Positions 47,306-56,000 of a DNA stretch of 64,000 nucleotides are shown here, piece after piece. The notes under the pieces are model-generated. The model saw only the letters and a list, made by a program, of their open reading frames with translations. It did not search any database and had not been told where the DNA came from. How positions within the stretch are numbered: position 1 is the first letter of the stretch; each line of letters begins with the position of its first letter. The translations under genes were made by a program, and so were the position numbers. The DNA is from Candidatus Pacearchaeota archaeon UBA92 (GTDB taxonomy: Archaea; Nanobdellota; Nanobdellia; Pacearchaeales; GW2011-AR1): contig DANJ01000014.1 in NCBI GenBank assembly GCA_002497285.1, forward strand, positions 34,089 through 98,088, read 5' to 3'.

Positions 47306-48346
47306 ATGAGTTTAACAGACAAATTAGGAAATAATGTAAAATCAGTAGCGTTAGCTGGAATTATAGGACTCTCTAGCTCTTCGGCTCTTGCAGATACGAT
47401 TTACATAGACACTAACTGGACATTTGATGAAATTAATAATCTCCTGGATGGAAACCCTGAAACCTTTGGAAAAGACGGGCAAACTGACCCAGTGAGAAAT
47501 GATGTAGTTGAATTTGCATTAGGAACATACCAAGTACCATTAATTCGAGATGCAAAATTCAAGTCAAATATAGATGGAATAACAATTATAGGACAAGGGC
47601 CAGGTTTAACAATCTTCAGAGGTAATAGCCCAGATGGTGGATTGATATGGGAAGTACAAGGTCAAGATGTCTCAATCGGATTATTCAGCATGGAGAACAG
47701 CAGAGGCGGATTAAAAGTAGACGGAGACAGAGCTTACAACAACGTTTACGTAGGATATATAGATTCAGAGGGATTGGATATACATTATATTTATGATCAG
47801 CAAAAGGCAAGCGGAAGAATAGACACGCCAAGTGTTTTCGTTGACCACTTAAATCTTATAGACGGAACTACTTCATTCCATTGGAATGACCGAGATCAAA
47901 TAGTTGATTACACAGATAAGTTTATGGAAGGGGATAATGTATCAATAGACGGAACAGGCAATGGAATAGACCCGCCAATGATTATAGAAGATGGACATGT
48001 AATTGAAACAAGGGGAACTGACTGGCGCAATTGTCTATTTCAAAATATGCAGTCAACATTTGTTCCTAGGGCATATGAAGGATTGCCTGGTAGATTAAGT
48101 GGGAATGCACCTTCGTTCTGCGGAGAAAGCAATATTAATCATGCAACTCTTTATGAATTAGGCATAGGCGTTGGAAACTGGGAAGAAAATAATCCAAACA
48201 AATTTCTTGATAACGAAGGAAGACCAATCTGGGGCTCAATAGCAACAGGACCATGGTACAAAGACAGACAAAATAGATTCATTGGATATATCGGAGCAAA
48301 AGAGCCCGCATTCATTCCAAGAGTAAGTGCAGTAAGACCAAGATAA
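47306..48346 (+). CDS. Secreted protein, possible pectin-lyase-like beta-helix
   Basis: Signal peptide (..SSSALA-D); DVVEFALGTY and GITIIGQGPGLTIF are typical of beta-helix N-termini. It is on the opposite strand to its neighbours. Confidence 0.55.
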   Translation: MSLTDKLGNNVKSVALAGIIGLSSSSALADTIYIDTNWTFDEINNLLDGNPETFGKDGQTDPVRNDVVEFALGTYQVPLIRDAKFKSNIDGITIIGQGPGLTIFRGNSPDGGLIWEVQGQDVSIGLFSMENSRGGLKVDGDRAYNNVYVGYIDSEGLDIHYIYDQQKASGRIDTPSVFVDHLNLIDGTTSFHWNDRDQIVDYTDKFMEGDNVSIDGTGNGIDPPMIIEDGHVIETRGTDWRNCLFQNMQSTFVPRAYEGLPGRLSGNAPSFCGESNINHATLYELGIGVGNWEENNPNKFLDNEGRPIWGSIATGPWYKDRQNRFIGYIGAKEPAFIPRVSAVRPR

Positions 48347-48392
48347 ATAAGCTCATCTAATTTCTATTTTAAGGTTATATTTTAAAAGACTT

Positions 48393-49595
48393 TTATTTAC
48401 TTCTTCCCTTCAATTTCTTTCTCAAGAAGATAAACCACAAGGCATTGACAATTATCAGCAAGACAATTCCAACGGCCAAAACAACAACTATCGGATTGCT
48501 GAAAAGACTTGAGCTACTTCCTTCTGAAATTACATAACCAATTCCAATAACATTTATTCTATTATTTGAAACATCAAGCTGTAACTCTCTCTGATCCGAC
48601 TTTGAACCATATCTTAAGAACAATGTCGCATCATAAACTCCTGCCTTAACTCCCTCACTATCCCAAAATGCAACCATCACCGACTTGCTCAATGCTGAAA
48701 TATCGTAAGTAGGAGACTTGAAGTCTGCCATGACTTCTCCTTTATTGTTATAAATCTGCATCTCGGCATAAGTTCCTGAAAGTTCTCTATTCCATTTATT
48801 CTCAACTAAAATCTCAAACTTTGCAATACCTCCTAATGAGAAATCATTTACAACTATACTGCTAACATCAAGAACTTGTTGTCCTAAATCAAACTCTCTC
48901 TCTAGTTTCAAAGTTTGTTCATCATAAACTAACGTTGCAACAGCCCTATATGGTCCAGGAGGAACGTCTCCTTTCCAAACAACTGCAACCTCTTTTCTCT
49001 CCCCACTTTTAATTTCAATCTGATTTGTAGTTACACTATCAATTTTCTCATTCAAAGAACTATAAATATCAATGTCTGCTCTAACTCTTACAAGATCTAA
49101 ATCTCCTCTGCTTGTAACTGGAATAACAAAGGTAACACTCCCATCAGCATCTGGACCAAGAACATCAAGGCTTGCCTCAGCATACTTTCCAGGATAGAGA
49201 ACGAATACATGAACTTGTGTAGCTACTGCAACGGCTGCGCCAATAAAAGCCCCTCCCGTTCCTGATTTCTTAGGAAGTTGAACAACAACAATTTCTCCTT
49301 TATGCAATCCTGGAGAAAGAGAATTAGGAATATCTATTTTATACTTCAATTTCTTCTCACTTTCTCCCGCAAGCATTTTAAATGAAACTTCAGAAACCGA
49401 AATACTTTCATTCAAGTCTCCTTGTATAAGAACTGCAAAGTCAGAGTCCTGTGCATCTGTATTAATGACAATGAATTCTATTTCTCTTGATGTTCCAGGA
49501 TTATAATCTACATCAGTCTTTCCAGGAGTTATTCCTATAGCAAAAACATTTGTTGCAAGTAAAATAAACAACAATATTAAACTAATTTTCTTCAT
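48393..49595 (-). CDS. Secreted multi-Ig protein with a C-terminal TM (paralog of 45185..46270)
   Basis: ATG 49595 with GGAGGA SD; signal peptide ending in A-IGITP; PGLHKG, YPGKYA and PGPYRA patterns; C-terminal TM. Confidence 0.7.
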   Translation of the reverse strand: MKKISLILLFILLATNVFAIGITPGKTDVDYNPGTSREIEFIVINTDAQDSDFAVLIQGDLNESISVSEVSFKMLAGESEKKLKYKIDIPNSLSPGLHKGEIVVVQLPKKSGTGGAFIGAAVAVATQVHVFVLYPGKYAEASLDVLGPDADGSVTFVIPVTSRGDLDLVRVRADIDIYSSLNEKIDSVTTNQIEIKSGERKEVAVVWKGDVPPGPYRAVATLVYDEQTLKLEREFDLGQQVLDVSSIVVNDFSLGGIAKFEILVENKWNRELSGTYAEMQIYNNKGEVMADFKSPTYDISALSKSVMVAFWDSEGVKAGVYDATLFLRYGSKSDQRELQLDVSNNRINVIGIGYVISEGSSSSLFSNPIVVVLAVGIVLLIIVNALWFIFLRKKLKGRSK

Positions 49596-50082
49596 TTTCT
49601 CCTCCAACAAATTTATTTCCAGAAACTTCTTTTCCCTCGTCAACTCGAAGAACAACACTTCCACTAAGCTCATCATTCTCATAAATATCCACATTGAGAA
49701 CATTATTACCAGCATTTACAACTTCATAACTATCCTCTCCTAATGACTTAACTTTTAAAGCAATCCCAGAAACAATGGTTAGTTTTCTCACCTCGCTTGA
49801 CAATGGTCCTTGAACCTTCCAGTAATAAACTCCCGACTTCAAATTTATCACTAAATTGTCCTCTGCAAAGATTTCCTGAGGTGAAGTGAAAGAAGGATTA
49901 TCATCTAAAAGTATCAAATTAGCATTATTAAATTCAAATAGTACGGAAGAATTAGTTGTTTCATATCCATTAACAGGTGAAATAACAAGCGGCGTCACAT
50001 AACCAACTACAAAAAATAAACTGATTAAAGTTCCAACTATTATAACAAAATCAATCGCCAAAATATGTCTATTCGTTATCAT
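49582..50082 (-). CDS. Membrane-anchored Ig/FN3-like protein
   Basis: N-terminal TM; LVISPVNG, DDNPSF and GVYYWKV patterns. Confidence 0.65.
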   Translation of the reverse strand: MITNRHILAIDFVIIVGTLISLFFVVGYVTPLVISPVNGYETTNSSVLFEFNNANLILLDDNPSFTSPQEIFAEDNLVINLKSGVYYWKVQGPLSSEVRKLTIVSGIALKVKSLGEDSYEVVNAGNNVLNVDIYENDELSGSVVLRVDEGKEVSGNKFVGGENEEN

Positions 50083-53000
50083 TTATTCTCCCAAGCTTGC
50101 AGTAAAGGTAATAGTTGAATTCCTAGCTCCTGCAAATTCCTCCGTAGGTACAGTAACATTGATATCAATTTCAGCCGTATCTGTAGCATTTGTATAATTT
50201 AGCTCCACTATAGCCAACACAGAAGAACCTGTGTCCGGAATTTGAGTATAGATAAATTTAGATAACAACCAGTTAAAAGAACTATTTTCAAGAGTGTTGT
50301 TGTCTGCTTTAAAAGTATAATAATTGCTTGGATTCGCCTGTGTAATCCAAAGACCAGTTGCACCTAAAGTAATGTTCACAAAAGAATTTCCATCATTCTG
50401 TAAAAGGAAAGGTCTCGGAGAATTATCAGAAGTATCATTGAATCCAAACTGTGCTATGGATCCAAAATCAACGGTTGAATTTAGAAGGCTTATCTGAATA
50501 AGTGCTGAAACATTTAAGGCAAAAGATTCAGTCCATGCAGAGAATTCTTCAGCATCATAAACCCTTATGCTCCAGTTATACCTATAAGAATTATCATACA
50601 AATAAACCAAATCCCCTCCGCCTATTGGTTCACTTCCTAAATCATAGCTGTTAGTATCAATAGTTTCTACATACCTTGTATCATCTCCTCTGTTTGTGCA
50701 TCCTCCTCCGGAAGTGTGAAAACAGGTGATGTTAAGGTCATAATAAAGCACGTCAGAATCATCATCACTGCTTGCACCCCATGCGAAAACAGGAGTCCTG
50801 TCTGTGGTCGACGCCCCATTAGCCGGCGTTGAAAGCGCAGGCACTATTGGAGGCGTGTTCAATATTTTAATTGTCTGCGTGGAATTAGCCCAGTTACTCT
50901 GTGAAATCTGATTATCGAACAATCTCAATGAACATGTCCAATTCTGTCCCTTTGTTGTGTTACCAGAATATAAAATTGCATCAAAGGCACTTCCATTTGC
51001 ATAGCTGTTATTAAATTCTGCAGTCAAATGTATCTTGCTTTCATTATACCATAGAACTGTAACATTCATAGCTTCATTGTCCTGGTCATATATTGTATCT
51101 ATACAATGTAGGTTCTGAGCTGTCTTGTTAGTTCCAAGAGTTGAATTTATTTCAGGAGTTGGAGTGTCTGGAGCTAAATTTCCTTGGGCAGAATTCACAT
51201 CAAAATCTCTAATCTGACTTTCGTTATTATTACCGCCATTATCGGTGGCATTCAATCTCCAATTATACTTGCCAACCCCAAGCGTGTATGTGTCAGCTAT
51301 TTCACTTGCAGTCAGAGTCTTATTCCAAATTGCAATTTCATCTATAGTTCCATTAAATCCTCCAGGAGCTCCAGAACCAACAGCAGTTTTAGTAGTAGAA
51401 CCAATTAGTAAGGGATTTGTATTACTAAATATTGAATACGTGCCTTCATTCGTACCAGCAACAGCTCCGTTAATATAAAATTTAATTGTCGTTGCATTGA
51501 CGGTAACTGCTACATGATTCCATTTATTTCTTGAAATAATATTTGAACTGGAATTGACAGGAGAGTCTGCTCCTGTATCAAACATCGTTCCATTTGATGT
51601 ATAATTAAACATGAACCAGAATCCATCATTTCCCCCTCCCGTCTCATCATCCTTAGAGACTATAAATCCATCATATCCATCTAAGTTAGGATATATCCAA
51701 ACCATAACAGTTAAATTTGAGACATTTAACAAAGCACCGCTTGGAGAAGACAAATAACTGGTATAACTAACTCCTGGAAGAATAATTCCTCCGCCAAGCT
51801 TGCCGCCGCTTTCATTAACTAATGCACCTCCAGAAAGATTACCGCTGCCTCCATGATCACTATAATCATAATACCTTGTATCATTCTCCCCATACTCGCT
51901 TCTATTATCCAAATGCAGTAGCAGAACACTAAATTCATCTGGAATAATAACTGGAGATGTCCAATTATAAATCACAAAAGAATTATTAGGGATAGTATTT
52001 TGATAGATAAGCCCGTGCTTGTAAAGATTTGCCTGTAAACTTGAATTTATTCCGAATATTCTTGTCTTCAAAACATCATTATAAGTATCATTTACAGTCG
52101 CATTTAAAATAATATTGAGAGAACCATAAGTAAATTGACTTGCATTATTAGGAGAATTTAATATAAAGTTTGGCGAGGGATTATTAAGGTTTGTAAATAC
52201 AATATTCAAATTTCTTGTAACATTGAGAGGTATTCCACTATCACTATATCCTATCTTGCTTGTATTCACACTATAATTGCTCTGAAGAATTACAACTCCT
52301 CCTGCTAAAGTTCCATTAACTATATATTCGGATATTCTATATCCCGCATCTCCAGTTGAATTTGTTAGTTCAGAGTCTGTAGCAGAACCGGTATTATTGA
52401 AAAAAGTCACGTTAACATTTGATACAAAATTACTCAATGTGTCATTAGTTTTAACATTCACAAACCACTGCTTATACAATCTTCCTCCAGGGTTGACGGT
52501 ATGGGTGCTGTAATTTGAGCTGACAAGATAAATACTCTGATTTCCGCTGATAACAATATTAGAAAGAAAGGACCCTGAAAGATTAGAATCAAGTATGCTA
52601 ACATTGTTACAGAATACACAGAAAATATTGTAATTTGACCTTCCTCCAGCCCCATCAGCCCCAAAAAATCGGGAGTTAGTAAGAATAATATTTTCTGATA
52701 AAATTTCTATATCTGCATCAAAAGCCTTGGAAACTGTATTATTATCAAAAACTAAACTAGATGTATTTATAGAAAGTCCTCTTCTCATATTAATTGCTTC
52801 TGTATTTCCAGTATAACTGACATAAGAATTCTTCAGGCTAAGATTAGAGCCCTGCCCAACTTGAAATAAAAATCTGAAATCATTATTTTTAGTTATGTTA
52901 GAATAATTAGCTGACAATGTTCCGCCATCAGAAACATAAAGATTGAACTCTCCGTCAAAATTCGAATTGCTCATTTCCAAAGTGCAGGATTCCAGAATTA

Positions 53001-56000
53001 ACTTTCCAATTGTTATGTTTATATTTGCATGACTAATATACCAGCATGGGTTCACAGAAGTACTAGAGTTAGTAAATACAGTATTATCATTAATCCTTGT
53101 ATAAATATCATACAGACTTTCAGTTGTGCTGACAACAATTGTATGAAAAACGCTGATTGGGAGATTCAATTCTTTATCCGTAGTCATATTAATACTTGCG
53201 CCAGTTGCAGGCTGATATCCAGCTTTAGAATAATTAACAGTATAGTTATTCCAAATAACCTTTCCAGCTCCTGTATCTGTATATTGAGTAAGATTATAGA
53301 ATACCGAACCTTGAGCATCTGTATTAATGGAAAATACCTTAGTTCCTGTCCTGTTTGTTGCAGTCATATTAACTCCTGAAATTACTGCTCCAGCACTTTT
53401 TACTGTCGCATTAAGTCTAAACTTTCTTTCTAAAACACTATTAGCTCCAACACTATATGAAGTAATGTCAGTAGAGTTGATAAGTGTAAAAGTATTATTT
53501 ATCTTTATATTGCTGAATGAAATCAAACTATCACTAATATTAATAGGGGTATTGAAGTTGGCTTCAGTAATACTTCCTTTAGAATCAACAAAGAAGTAAG
53601 GATCGCCAATAATACTAAAGTTATAATTATTTGCAATAACTACTGCATTCATAGATCCTACACTCAAATTAAGAGTTCCTGAAAGATACAATGAATATTG
53701 CCCCTCATAACTTGAATTAAAGAATACTGTACATCTTGAATCAACATCAAGTCTACCCGAATTAGTAATGTTCAAATTCGTATCAAGGGAAATACAACTA
53801 ACAAGAGTTGAATCTCCAACCTGGCACGTTGAAGTATAATTGGTTCCAAACCCAAGTTCCAGAGCTTTTGAAAGCAAATCATCACAAGTAAAGGTATTTG
53901 AAATTTTCAGATGTTCTGGTCTTGTAATAATTTTCCTTTGGTTAGTTTGATTCTTATTACCTGCCTTATCAACCACATAAGCAGTGAACGGATGAATTGT
54001 AGAATTAAGATTAGTAAAATTATTCTCATACCTATTGATTCCAGAGTCATACAAAGCAAGAATCTCGCTCTGATTTAATTCCCTAGAAAACATGAATACT
54101 TCATCCATCGTTCCGTTCATATAAAAAGTCTGAGTTCCAGATCTCCCAACATATAAATTATTTGTTGAATCTGATGTAACTGTATAAGTTCCATTTCCAT
54201 CAATTGTTCCATTCAGATACAAATAAGCATAACTTCCGTTATAAGTGACTGCAATATGATACCATCTTCCTGTACTAAGAGTTGTTGCTCCTGGTAATGA
54301 CTGCAAGCCCGGGTCAAAAAGAGTTAATTTATTACTTGCTACACGAAGAGAGACTCCATTACTTAAACTACCAGTTTTACCCATAAGTCCCTGATTGACT
54401 GTATCATTAAGATAAATCCAAGAAGCCCAAGTGAAAGGACCATTTAGAGTAAGACTATTAGCCTTTCCAAAATCAATATAATCTGTCGCGCCATCGAAAT
54501 AAAACCCATTCCCATAAAATCCAGCATCAACCTGAACAGCATCACCCTGTTTTGTACCATTATTGCCCCAAGAAGACAAGTCCACAACATCTCCAGAATC
54601 ATTAACATCATCCATCCTAGCCCACAAAACTAAACTCCTATTAAAATCAACAAATGAATAATGCCTATTCGCATCTGAAGTCGATAAGTTAACATATATT
54701 GCATTTCCCGTTATCGCAGTATCATTTGCAGGAGTTGGAGAGATAAAGCTCACTCCGGGTTTAGCGTCATCAAAACTGAAATTGACAAATTGGCTATAAT
54801 TTTTATTTCCTGTTGTATCATTAGCATAAACTCTGAAAATAAAACTTCCAGAGCCCAATGAAGAATTAGTTGCATTAAGTTCTACACCCAAAACTCCTCT
54901 GGAAAGATTAAGCATAGTTAAATTGTTAATTCCTTCATCAAGAGTATATTGGGCGCTTCCACTCTCACTCAAAGTTACATTAAATAACAGCGGTAAATCT
55001 GACAAGCCGTAATAAGCTCCTCCTTGAGGCTTACGAATAATCACTCCAGGAGCACTTGTATCTGACTCTGGCGGGGAAGTCAAGGGAAGCGTTATCACTT
55101 GCCAAGCAACATAAGCATCATTGTTTCCTGCTTCCCTGTGTAGGCTTAATGCTGTAGGACTGTCTAAAGCGTTTGTATAAAAAAGATTAGCAAAGATAAT
55201 TCCTGTTCCGGTGAGATTATTGGAAGCGAGCGAGAAGCTCCTGTTTTGAACGACAGAACTTATGGTTATAACATCATCCCCACTACTTAAATAATAAGAA
55301 GAACCATTCTGGACAACAGCTCCCGGGGTCGATATAACATAAGCCCCGATGTAAGCAGCACCTCCAGAACCTTCTCTAGCAACTCTAAGAGTTGTAGAAT
55401 TCCATATTTCTACAGTTGTACCTATCTCGGCCAGAACATTTGCCGTGGCTGTAAACGTCTGTGAATAATAGACCCATGAATTTGACGTGTTTATTACTGC
55501 TCCTATTGGCACAAAATCATTTGTTCCTAGGAGGTCTTCGACATGGTAGACTGTAGAGCCATCATTGAACTCAACAACAAAATAACTTATATTTCCTGCG
55601 CAAGCACCAGAATCAGCTCTTTGAAGGTTTAAGTTTGTGTTGCTAGTAAAATTAGCCGCCCAATATTGTTCGTTTTCATTGGCGGTATTAGTAGTTGTAC
55701 AGCTACCATAATTGACAAATGGAACTGTCTTAGTCAAATCAACAGAATCTAGAGTAATATCAAAATTAGTATCTGTTGTTATATATTCTACTGTTCCGTT
55801 TTGGACACTAATATTGTTTCCTTCTATAACATACCATGCAACTGTAGTGGTTGAAGAAGCGCCAACATTATTCAATGCAAATCTTGTAGTATTTACCCAC
55901 GTTGCATATATTCCAGTGTTATCAGGATCATCTCCTGAGGTTGTCGCTCTTCTTGAAAGAAGAATAAAAGATTTATTCAACTGTACTGCTTGGGAAATAT

